64,000 nucleotides of DNA, taken from Candidatus Obscuribacteraceae bacterium (lineage in GTDB: Bacteria > Cyanobacteriota > Vampirovibrionia > Obscuribacterales > Obscuribacteraceae). The DNA lies in the NCBI GenBank assembly GCA_044229845.1, contig JBGASG010000002.1, positions 192,001 to 256,000 on the forward strand, written 5' to 3'. Position numbers and translations under genes: made by a program. Every line of letters starts with the position of its first letter. Position 1 is the first letter of the stretch. Positions 1-8,627 of this stretch are shown one piece after another. The notes beneath the pieces are model-generated. The model saw only the letters and a list, made by a program, of their open reading frames with translations. It was not told the DNA's origin and made no database searches.

Positions 1-73
1 GCAGCGGGCGGTCCATGCCAAGCCGCCATCGTGATGGAGAATCGATAACTACCCAATTGCCCGCCGTTGCCAG

Positions 74-922
74 ATGCACTCAAGCGAAAGAGCAGCTAGA
101 ATGCCTAAACAGTTCCTCCCGGAGCGCACGTTCTTGAGTTACCTAAAGCGGTATGAATCAGGTGAGTATGGCGCTTGGGACGAGCTGGTCTCCCTGGCGC
201 CGCAGGTTCTCACCGACTCGGACTTGCGTACGGAAACAGAGGCGGTTGCAGAAGCCCTGATGTGGCGCGTGCGAAAGAACGCCGCAGTCTTGCGAGAAAC
301 GTTGATCGCATCCGGAGCGTTGATCGCCGATGAAACAGCGCCGCTCACCGCGGACGATCTCAAATTTCTGACTGAGAAGTTCGGACCGCTCCCGTTGTCG
401 CTCGATGTTTTCTATCGCACCACTGGATCAATCAAGCTGACGCCGAAGGCAGATTACAACTATGGCGATGATGTTACTCTCGAACGCGCAGATGGCGTCT
501 CGCTGATCGCGCTGGATCCGCTCCAGGTCGAATCAGCGAGTGAACTGACTTGGCTAGTGGAGGAATGCAGCGATGATCCGGACTACCCGTTTGACTATTT
601 TAATTTCTACCTAAGCCCCGACTACCTGCACAAGCAAAACATCAGTGGTGGCATGTCATACTCGGTGCAACTGCCGCCTCCGACTGCGCAAGAAGCACTC
701 GATCCTATGGTTCGTTTCGAACGCAACGAACTGTCGTTCGTGAATTACCTTCGGTACTGTTTTAGCTGGGGAGGTTTTCCCGGACTTGATGTTTGCGAAC
801 ACGCAGATGACAATGACATTCCTTTGAATTGGCAAATCGGTTTCTACGCTGTGGAAAGGCCGTGGAGACCCGCGTGCCAAAGACTGCGCGATTCTCTGAT
901 CAAAGGACTTGTGGACTTCTAA
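74..922 (+). CDS. Conserved hypothetical protein (possibly SMI1/KNR4-like)
   Basis: 282-aa ORF; LPLSLDVFY and PDYLHKQNISGG segments resemble a family of bacterial hypotheticals; start may be ATG 101. Confidence 0.6.
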   Translation: MHSSERAARMPKQFLPERTFLSYLKRYESGEYGAWDELVSLAPQVLTDSDLRTETEAVAEALMWRVRKNAAVLRETLIASGALIADETAPLTADDLKFLTEKFGPLPLSLDVFYRTTGSIKLTPKADYNYGDDVTLERADGVSLIALDPLQVESASELTWLVEECSDDPDYPFDYFNFYLSPDYLHKQNISGGMSYSVQLPPPTAQEALDPMVRFERNELSFVNYLRYCFSWGGFPGLDVCEHADDNDIPLNWQIGFYAVERPWRPACQRLRDSLIKGLVDF

Positions 923-953
923 GAAATTATCGGCGCAGAAGGAGATTCTTACG

Positions 954-1421
954 ATGAATTCAAGGAAATCGTTAGACGAAGCGAACTCCAAAATTGCTTT
1001 TTTGCCAATTAAGCCTAAATATGCAGACCGAATTCTGAGTGGTGAGAAAGAGTTTGAGTTCCGGCGTGCTGCTATAAGTTCGGAGCTGACGCACGTGATC
1101 ATCTATGCGAGCTCACCGCAAAAGTGCATCGTTGCCATAGCAAAGGTGGATGGTGTCCACGTCGCAGATCCAGACACGACCTGGAAGAAGACTAAGAAAT
1201 CGGCAGGCATCACCAGAGACGAATTCGATGACTACTTCAGTGGGACAGAGAAAGCGTACTGCATCGCACTGAACATGGAGTCCCTCGTAAGATTGAAGCA
1301 CACCGTGAAACCGGCTGAGATTCGCCCCGGCTTTCGGGTTCCACAATCTTTTTGTTACGTGGATTCAGCATTCCTGCAAGACGTAGTTTTGAAGTCTGGT
1401 GGCATTCAAGCTATTCTCTAG
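954..1421 (+). CDS. ASCH (PUA-like) domain protein
   Basis: Motif LPIKPKYADRILSGEKEFEFRR...IYASSP typical of ASCH; ATG at 954. Confidence 0.85.
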   Translation: MNSRKSLDEANSKIAFLPIKPKYADRILSGEKEFEFRRAAISSELTHVIIYASSPQKCIVAIAKVDGVHVADPDTTWKKTKKSAGITRDEFDDYFSGTEKAYCIALNMESLVRLKHTVKPAEIRPGFRVPQSFCYVDSAFLQDVVLKSGGIQAIL

Positions 1422-1480
1422 TTATCCTGCTTCCCGGGAGTTCTTGCGTGGGACTGATTCGGTTTCGCGAGAGCGTGGGA

Positions 1481-1759
1481 TTATGTGCAGATGCTCTTGT
1501 AGCGGCGTGCGGCGGCAATCGCCTTTGCGTTCGGCCTCGCAAGACTCAAGATCGCTTCCGCAAGAGCCTGGCTATCCTGGATGGACAGCTTGATCAGCTT
1601 GTGTTGCTCGATAACAGCGGCAGCTTTCTCAATCGCAGCAGCAGCCACAAAATCAGACCTGTTCACACCCTGCAAACTGGCCGCATAGTCGATTTGCTGT
1701 TTCGCCTCAGCGGACAAGCGAGACTCAATCCGTTCTCGTTTCTTATCCTTGGTGGCCAT
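1481..1759 (-). CDS. DUF1778 / TacA-family RHH antitoxin (no adjacent toxin)
   Basis: KRERIESRLSAEAKQQIDYAASLQGVNRSDFVAAAAIEKA...LAEAILSLARPN pattern; ATG at 1759. Confidence 0.85.
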   Translation of the reverse strand: MATKDKKRERIESRLSAEAKQQIDYAASLQGVNRSDFVAAAAIEKAAAVIEQHKLIKLSIQDSQALAEAILSLARPNAKAIAAARRYKSICT

Positions 1760-1799
1760 GATTTGAACTCTCCAAATGATCGGCTGATTGAATTTTCCC

Positions 1800-1837
1800 A
1801 TTGACATTGTACGGCGATTTTACCTTACAATGTCAAT
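1800..1837. promoter_or_regulatory. Perfect 12-bp inverted repeat; probable operator/promoter of the DUF1778 gene
   Basis: ATTGACATTGTA-N14-TACAATGTCAAT; gives TTGACA-N19-TACAAT on both strands; 41 bp upstream of the antitoxin start. Confidence 0.7.
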
Positions 1838-1959
1838 CGGGCATAAGGCGAATACCCGTACAAATCGCAAATAGGATCATCGATCCTTTTCATTTTCGCA
1901 AATTGATATTGCTAAATTGGGACTATTCCCAGGTGTAGCTTCAAGGCGGAATCTAATTC

Positions 1960-2193
1960 ATGGACGTAAGCGAAATATTCAATCGCGTGACGTCGCGGTA
2001 CTCTGAGTGCAGGACCTATTCCGACCGCGGTACCGTCACATGGTGGGACCCTCGCGACAACAGACCTGCCAAACCTCAACAGATCTTCGAAACTCAGTTC
2101 ATCGCTCCCTCCTCACTGCGGTACATATTTGAGACTGGACCCGATAGGCTTTATGGCACAGCTTCCCAAATCGTAATACAATGTGCTACATAA
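1960..2193 (+). pseudogene. Short ORF, probably a truncated gene fragment
   Basis: 77 aa with a protein-like N-terminus (YSECRTYSDRGTV); runs into the promoter of the next gene. Confidence 0.35.
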
Positions 2194-2233
2194 GACAATT
2201 GTTTCCATGCTCGAGAATCCAGTATCCAAGCCT

Positions 2234-2647
2234 ATGAAAAACAGAACTAAAGTGGAGGACCTCGGCAGCGACATGCTGCCCGGCAAACCGATTTCAGCGA
2301 AGCTACGTGTGTCACTGGAAAAGGAGAAGAAAGAAACTCGCAAGCGGATTATCGAACGAGGGATTGTTCACTTTCGCGCGGATCAAGAGTTTATGTCAGC
2401 ACTGCTTGATGCTGCAGAAAAATTGAAGATGGCTCCAGGCACTCTTTGTCGGCAGCTGGTGTGGGAGTATTTGAAGTCGCAACAGCCCGCCCCAAAAGGG
2501 AAGATCCGCCAGCCTGCATCCGCGAACGCTGTGACCGAGGCGCTACTCAAAAAATTCGAGGCTATCGACGAAATCAGAGATGAGTTGCTTGAAATACGGC
2601 GACATTTGCTCGGCGGCAATAAGCAATCAAAGACACGGACACGCTAG
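2234..2647 (+). CDS. Small putative RHH-type DNA-binding protein
   Basis: VHFRADQEFMSALLDAAEKLKMAPGTLCRQLVWEYL strand-helix-helix pattern; upstream CGTAATACAATGTGCTACA operator-like motif. Confidence 0.65.
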   Translation: MKNRTKVEDLGSDMLPGKPISAKLRVSLEKEKKETRKRIIERGIVHFRADQEFMSALLDAAEKLKMAPGTLCRQLVWEYLKSQQPAPKGKIRQPASANAVTEALLKKFEAIDEIRDELLEIRRHLLGGNKQSKTRTR

Positions 2648-2819
2648 ATCAAGGCAACGTAAGGCGCCAGTTCGGTATCACCGAATTTGGTGGCAAGCGC
2701 TGCTGGGATTGCCCATATCGCACCACATTCGTCGCCACTGTTGAGCCACAAATAATGACAACCATGGGATACTAATTGATACCTGGGTCGTTTCCCTTTC
2801 TCGTCTGGAGCAAGTCGGC

Positions 2820-3572
2820 ATGCTCAACAGTGTTCTACCGATTCTCGTCGTCGATGACAACGCGGTCAATCGGCTGGCGATGACAGCCCTTTTGACAAAG
2901 CTTGGCTATTCACACGAGGTTGCCTGCAATGGCTACGAAGCGCTGGCGGCATTCGAGAGCCGCCGCTTCAGCTTGATTCTGATGGACATCAACATGCCCG
3001 GAATGGATGGGTATGCCGCCACGCAGGCGATCAGAGCGCGGGAATTTGGTACAACTAAAAGCGTACCCATCATCGCTGTCACCGCATTGCCTGAAGAGGC
3101 GCGATCTCAGTGCATCAAGGCGGGTATGAATGACTTCATTCAAAAACCAGTTCGCAAGGAATCCCTCATGGAAAAGATTGAACACTTGCTGGAAGACGCT
3201 GACTCAGACTTTAAGCCCATCAGCGAGGACAAGTTGCTATCGGACTTTGATGCAGGTGAGGTCAGGCAGATTTTGGCGACGTTTCTCAATGTCACCGAAA
3301 CTTTGCTGTTCGAACTAGAGACTGCGATCGCAAAACGCGATCAAGAAATGGTCACTCGCGTCGCACTGGAATTGAAGGGTTCCAGCTTGCAGGTGAGCGC
3401 TGACGAAATGGCCAAGCTGTGCGCAAATCTCGAAACAACGAAGAACAGCGACGACTGGACTGAGCTGGTGAAAGTTTATGCGGCACTCGCTCACGCTTTC
3501 GCCCGCGTCAAAGCTTTCGTCAATGACAAACAGTACATCGCGTTGGTTTCTTCCATCGGTCCGGCTGCGTAG
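2820..3572 (+). CDS. Response regulator receiver + HPt-like domain protein
   Basis: ILVVDDN, LILMDINMPGMDG, IIAVTA, QKP receiver motifs; C-terminal ALELKGSS resembles HPt AHxLKGSS but lacks the His. Confidence 0.85.
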   Translation: MLNSVLPILVVDDNAVNRLAMTALLTKLGYSHEVACNGYEALAAFESRRFSLILMDINMPGMDGYAATQAIRAREFGTTKSVPIIAVTALPEEARSQCIKAGMNDFIQKPVRKESLMEKIEHLLEDADSDFKPISEDKLLSDFDAGEVRQILATFLNVTETLLFELETAIAKRDQEMVTRVALELKGSSLQVSADEMAKLCANLETTKNSDDWTELVKVYAALAHAFARVKAFVNDKQYIALVSSIGPAA

Positions 3573-4034
3573 ATCTCAGCTAGCTCTACGCATACGCGTG
3601 TGCTTCCAGCCATGGAAATTCCGATGATAGCTGGTGTTTCCCGATACTGACCGCCGGGACCTGTCCAGCTTAGGATAGGCAAAGTAAGGTCTATGTTTTA
3701 GCGAGGTTTAGCGAGCCGGCTGTGTCTGACGATCACTTAAAACGATTACTACAATGCTTTTGGCGTTTCGAGGTCGACTTGGAGCAGCAAGCCAGTGGGG
3801 CGACGCATCAATCGAAGCAGAGCAACGAACGTCGCAGTCGCAATCAGGCGAGTTCGGTTGACTCATCGATGTTCGGACGCAGTGACTCCCAACACGATGA
3901 ATCAGGCGACCAGTCCCAGAACTGTTGAACAAAACATCACTCCAGTTGAGAATCTGTGGCACAATTGATATCGATGAGCTTGAGTCGGCGGCAAATCGAT
4001 AGGATTGCGTACAAGCTCCTGAGTGGATGGACAT

Positions 4035-4286
4035 ATGGCTAAATGCAACCTGATTCTATTTGTGACACCACAGACACAGCACGTGGCTTCGACTGTGCGC
4101 AAATTGATGCCTCCAGGTGCTGATTTGTCCGTAATTGATGTTTGCCAGCATCCGGAAGAAGCCGAAAGGGAAAACGTGATTGCCGTGCCGACGCTAATTA
4201 GAAAAGCGCCGCTCCCGCGCGAAAGCTTCATTGGCATGGTTTCCGACACGTCGGCGCTGGAAGCGTTTCTTCGACTGTGCTCATAG
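4035..4286 (+). CDS. kaiB: KaiB-like protein (divergent)
   Basis: VIDVCQHPEEAERENVIAVPTLIRKAPLP...IG KaiB signature. Confidence 0.8.
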   Translation: MAKCNLILFVTPQTQHVASTVRKLMPPGADLSVIDVCQHPEEAERENVIAVPTLIRKAPLPRESFIGMVSDTSALEAFLRLCS

Positions 4287-4473
4287 TCAGCGAGATTATG
4301 TGTAATTCGTAGAAATGAGTGGTAGACTGCGTGAGCGCGTGTCGCCGGTAGCATATTGACCACAGCGCAAGGAACTTTAATTACTCGTCTTTGGTCTTAG
4401 CTGAAATTGCTATCGCCAGATTTCGACAGAAACCCCCGTTTCAGGCGAAACTCCGGCACGTGTTGGTGCATTT

Positions 4474-5094
4474 ATGGACAGCTGGGAGCGAACCGAACAT
4501 CAGGCACAAAGACTGAAGCCACAACATAATCGTCGTCGTGAGCTTCTTGAGTCCCTGGAGTTACTAAAAAATCTTCTGATACCATTCCGGACCGCAGACC
4601 CGGAAATCAATCTTCTGATTCAGGAGGCATTGTGGCTGGCGTCTCGCGCAGATCGTCCGACTGCGGAGATCAGCGAACGAAAGCCCTGGCTGTTTCGCGC
4701 TGTGCGCGATGGTGCACTCGAGAGAATTCCAGGCGCGACGATCCTCGCCCGCAAAATTCTGGACTTGCTCCCCAATCCGGGATCTGAATCACAAGACACT
4801 CCCGCGCCTGCCGACCCTGACCATCCAGCGCCAGGCAACTCCAAGTTCAAACTGCGGCTGTTTATTTCTGGAGATTCAAGAGCCTCGCGCGCGGCACAAG
4901 AAAATTTGAAAGTGATTGTCAAAGTATTGGGAGACTGCGAATATCAAGTAATAGATGTTCTGACACATCCGGAAGCAGCCGAGATCGAAAGAATCATCGC
5001 CACCCCGACACTACTTAGAGACCAGCCCCAGCCCAAACGAAAAGTAATCGGTGACTTGAGCGATCTTAAGACAGTGCTTCTAATACTGACCTAA
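4474..5094 (+). CDS. kaiB: KaiB-domain protein with ~120-aa N-terminal extension
   Basis: C-terminal LRLFISGDSRAS...VIDVLTHPEAAEIERIIATPTL...VIGDLSD. Confidence 0.85.
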   Translation: MDSWERTEHQAQRLKPQHNRRRELLESLELLKNLLIPFRTADPEINLLIQEALWLASRADRPTAEISERKPWLFRAVRDGALERIPGATILARKILDLLPNPGSESQDTPAPADPDHPAPGNSKFKLRLFISGDSRASRAAQENLKVIVKVLGDCEYQVIDVLTHPEAAEIERIIATPTLLRDQPQPKRKVIGDLSDLKTVLLILT

Positions 5095-5155
5095 AGCGAG
5101 AACCAACCTGAAGATCCTATTCATCTACGACAGACCTGAGGATTACAGATCGCTG

Positions 5156-5833
5156 GTGTCCGTGTTACCGGAGACGACAGTCGAGGCCGTTCCCGATATC
5201 GACCTCGCACTCAAAATGTTGAGTTGCTCTGATTTCGCGTGCACCGTCGTATGCCTTAATGGACTAGAGCAAGACGACAATGGAGCAGACTCGCAAGCGA
5301 TGTGCACACTGCGCGCGCAGCAGCCACTGATATTCCTGAGCGGATCCGAACTGCACGACGCAAACCTCTTAGCCCTAATTGAAGACGCAGTAACCAAGTT
5401 TGCCCGGCGAAACAATGGCTCTACGAATGCTGAATTAGAAACGGAACCGCGAGTTCAGGAAATCAGCTCAACAGTACGGAGCGACAATCCGGAATTGTTC
5501 GCCCGGCTCGTGGCGGAATACACCTCACTGATGGACGTGTCTCTTGACCAAAGGGCGTTTAGAATCACAGCAAGCGCTTCAGCGAAATTGAGCGAAGTAT
5601 CCAAAACGCTTGGCGACGCCAGAGCCGGTCCGCGCGACATAATCGAACTCTTCGCCACAGCGCTGAAAGCGAAATCGAAAAACGTTCCCAATGCGAAGGC
5701 TAAAGCGTACTCCGACATCGCGCTGCTAATGGCGTTAGAGCTTATGGGTTACCTGGTCAGTTACTACCGAAACTTGATTTTCAAAAAAGCACCACAGCTT
5801 CAAATCCACCACGAGGAAACTGCAGATGACTAG
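5156..5833 (+). CDS. KaiA3-like protein (degenerate receiver domain + KaiA-like C-terminal helical domain)
   Basis: C-terminal AGPRDIIELF...AKAKAY...ALELMGYLVSYYR; sits between kaiB and kaiC and overlaps the kaiC start; frame is open upstream to 5090 and encodes LKILFIYDRPED. Confidence 0.75.
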   Translation: MSVLPETTVEAVPDIDLALKMLSCSDFACTVVCLNGLEQDDNGADSQAMCTLRAQQPLIFLSGSELHDANLLALIEDAVTKFARRNNGSTNAELETEPRVQEISSTVRSDNPELFARLVAEYTSLMDVSLDQRAFRITASASAKLSEVSKTLGDARAGPRDIIELFATALKAKSKNVPNAKAKAYSDIALLMALELMGYLVSYYRNLIFKKAPQLQIHHEETADD

Positions 5834-7340
5834 TGCCACAATCGGCGTTGAACGAATTAAGACCGGCATGTCCGGCATTGATTCAATCACTGGTGGCGGA
5901 TTGCCAAAAGGACGCTCGACTCTCGTCGCGGGCACCTCCGGAAGTGCTAAGACGGTGTTCGCGGTACAGTTCCTCGTGGAAGGCATCCGTCAATTTGATG
6001 AAGGTGGCGTGTTCGTCACGTTTGAAGAGAAGCCCGAAGACCTGCGAAAAAACGTCATTGGCTTCGGATGGCAGATCGCAGACTGGGAGCGTGACAAAAA
6101 ATGGATGTTTGTCGATGCGTCCCCGCGCAGCAGAGAAAAGAGCACCGTGATGGGAGAGTACGACTTTGGTGCACTGGTGGCGCGCATCGAATACGCAGTA
6201 AAAACCGTCAATGCAAAGCGAGTCGCGCTTGATTCTCTGGGCGCTATCTTTGCACAATTCACCGACATCGATGCGGTTCGCTCCGAACTTTTGCGCCTGA
6301 CGGAGGCCCTGAAGGACATGGGTGTTACTTCCATCGTCACCGTCGAGCGCACAGCAGACCATGGCGATATCTCCAGGCATGGTGTTGAAGAATTTGTCAC
6401 AGACAACGTGTTGATTCTGCGCAATTCGCTGGACAACGAAAAGCGGCGACGCACAATCGAAATTCTCAAACTACGCGGAACAGATCACAGCAAGGGTGAG
6501 TTTCCGTTTACCGTCATTCGCGAAGAAGGCATCGTCGCCAACCCATTAAGTGCAATCGAACTCAAGCAGAAGTCTTCGGATGCCAGAGTCAGCACAGGAG
6601 TTCCAGACTTAAATGAGATGAGCGGGGGAGGCTTTTTCCGAGACAGCGTGGTACTCGTATCGGGTGCCACCGGCACCGGCAAAACCTTGATGGTTACACA
6701 ATTCCTCGCGACTGGTGGCAAGGCAGAAGAGCGTCGTCTTTTGTTCGCCTTCGAAGAAAGCCGGGAACAGTTATTCAGAAACGCCCGCGGCTGGGGCTTT
6801 GATTTTGAGAAACTCGAACGAGACGGACTACTGAAAGTGCACTGCGTTTATCCGGAAGTAAAAGGACTGGAAGAACACCTGGTCGATATCCACAACATGA
6901 TCAGAGACTTCAAACCGCACCGCGTAGCCATCGACAGCTTATCCGCGCTCGAGCGCGTCGGAACGCTCAAGAGTTTTCGCGAATTCGTGATCGGACTGAC
7001 GTCGTACATCAAGACTGCTGAGATCTGTGGTGTGTTTACTTCGACGACACCAAGCCTTATGGGAGGTACGTCGATCACCGAAGCTCACATCTCCACGATT
7101 ACCGACACGATCATCTTGCTGAGATACATCGAACTGTTCGGGGAGATGCGACGAGGATTGACTGTGTTGAAGATGCGCGGCTCTTCACACGACAAGGAAA
7201 TTCGCGATCTCACGATTGATAACACCGGCATGCATATTGGCAAACCGTTCCGCAACGTCACCGGAATTTTCGCTGGCACCCCGAATTACTTAGACAATGA
7301 AGAACTCGGCAGGCTTGCCTCTGTATTTGCGGAAGACTGA
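5826..7340 (+). CDS. kaiC: Circadian clock protein KaiC (double RecA domain, KaiC3-like)
   Basis: Walker A motifs GTSGSAKT and GATGTGKT, catalytic FEE in both halves, phosphosite region HISTITD, KLRG/KMRG motifs. Confidence 0.95.
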   Translation: MTSATIGVERIKTGMSGIDSITGGGLPKGRSTLVAGTSGSAKTVFAVQFLVEGIRQFDEGGVFVTFEEKPEDLRKNVIGFGWQIADWERDKKWMFVDASPRSREKSTVMGEYDFGALVARIEYAVKTVNAKRVALDSLGAIFAQFTDIDAVRSELLRLTEALKDMGVTSIVTVERTADHGDISRHGVEEFVTDNVLILRNSLDNEKRRRTIEILKLRGTDHSKGEFPFTVIREEGIVANPLSAIELKQKSSDARVSTGVPDLNEMSGGGFFRDSVVLVSGATGTGKTLMVTQFLATGGKAEERRLLFAFEESREQLFRNARGWGFDFEKLERDGLLKVHCVYPEVKGLEEHLVDIHNMIRDFKPHRVAIDSLSALERVGTLKSFREFVIGLTSYIKTAEICGVFTSTTPSLMGGTSITEAHISTITDTIILLRYIELFGEMRRGLTVLKMRGSSHDKEIRDLTIDNTGMHIGKPFRNVTGIFAGTPNYLDNEELGRLASVFAED

Positions 7341-7432
7341 TAAGAGTTCGTCAGTCGCGTTGCCCATAGAGGTTGGGTGGCACTGTTCCTTTGATAATCT
7401 AAAAGCAGTCCGAGGCGTTGGACCTTCCCCAG

Positions 7433-7567
7433 CGTAATACACTGTGCTACATTGGAAACAATCATTTTCTACATTCGAAGCTATCGACGAAATTAGAGAT
7501 GAGTTACATGAGATACGCCGACATGTGCTCGGCGGCACTAAGCAATCAAGGACTCGAACACGCTAGA
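7433..7567 (+). pseudogene. Internally deleted remnant copy of the 2234-2647 gene (upstream motif + 3' end)
   Basis: 7433-7452 matches 2172-2191 at 19/20; 7473-7567 matches 2554-2648 at 84/95 by manual alignment and translates FEAIDEIRDELHEIRRHVLGGTKQSRTRTR*. Confidence 0.8.
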
Positions 7568-7587
7568 GTCGATGGACTGCTTCTGAC

Positions 7588-8445
7588 TCAGATCCGGTTT
7601 TCTTCCAGAAACTTGCGCATGGCAATAGCAAATTCGACTCCGTTGCCTACTCCACTGTGACCTTCGGGAAGCAACAGCAATGACTTGCGCCCCATCGCCG
7701 CAGAGTACAACTCCTCCGCCTCCGCGCACGATACCACAGAATCATTCTTGCCGTGTATCAAGAGGAGCGGAGCATGCGGCTTGCTGAAAACACTCTGGTT
7801 ATCGAGATTCGCCGCCGCCTGAAAGGTCCAATCCGGATAACAGCGCAGCCAGAAAAAAGTTTCTCTCCCTGCCTGACGCAGTGAAGAAAAGCCAGAGATC
7901 ATAATCACTCCCGCAAGATCTCGCGATTGCGCCAGATACCCCGTAACGCCTGATCCCCATGATTGCCCCACGGCAATGATGTCCTTCGCAGATCGTTTCT
8001 CATGATTCGTCAAATAATCGTAGGCTGCCAGTGCATCCTCGCAACTATTCTGAATGCTGGCTCGGCCCTGACTGCGCCCAAATCCCTGATAGTCGTATAG
8101 GAACACGGAACCACCACAACCAAGCAGCAAACGAGACTTCGGGAATTGCGCGTAGATGTTGTTTCCTTTCGGGTGACTGAAAAGAAACACGCGCTTCGTG
8201 TCAGTGCGCTCGAAAAAAAGTCCGTGCAGGAGCAATCCGTTCTTGGACGGGAAAACGACTTCGCTGCATTTTATGCCTTGCGCGCGGAGCGACTGCAGAT
8301 CAGAGTCGATGTTTGGCGTGCGCGGATCTGGACACGCAAATATGATGAGATCGTACAGCGGCACATTGCTGGGCGACAGAAACAGCACGACGGACAACAT
8401 CGAGACGGCGAGCGCGGCAAACGATTTGAGGTTCAAGCGGAACAT
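7588..8445 (-). CDS. Alpha/beta hydrolase (ABHD-like), N-terminal hydrophobic segment
   Basis: YDYQGFGRS, GQSWG nucleophile elbow, LIHGKND, C-terminal GH. Confidence 0.85.
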   Translation of the reverse strand: MFRLNLKSFAALAVSMLSVVLFLSPSNVPLYDLIIFACPDPRTPNIDSDLQSLRAQGIKCSEVVFPSKNGLLLHGLFFERTDTKRVFLFSHPKGNNIYAQFPKSRLLLGCGGSVFLYDYQGFGRSQGRASIQNSCEDALAAYDYLTNHEKRSAKDIIAVGQSWGSGVTGYLAQSRDLAGVIMISGFSSLRQAGRETFFWLRCYPDWTFQAAANLDNQSVFSKPHAPLLLIHGKNDSVVSCAEAEELYSAAMGRKSLLLLPEGHSGVGNGVEFAIAMRKFLEENRI

Positions 8446-8627
8446 CTATCCGGGATTCCAGACAATGACAACGCCCGAGCTTAGCACGCAGCGCGCTTCT
8501 CCGACTGCTCAAACACTTCATTAAGTGTATGCCATCTTCCGCCTCCACCTTGCATGATCGCGAGGTCTCCGACCTGGTAGATATGGCAAAATAGTCAGCA
8601 GCAAACACTGAGAGTGGCTTTTACGAA

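Noticed and set aside
3722..4039. Gene between the regulator and the first kaiB
   Set aside because: Only short ORFs in different frames with no recognisable motif; possibly a decayed gene but unsupported
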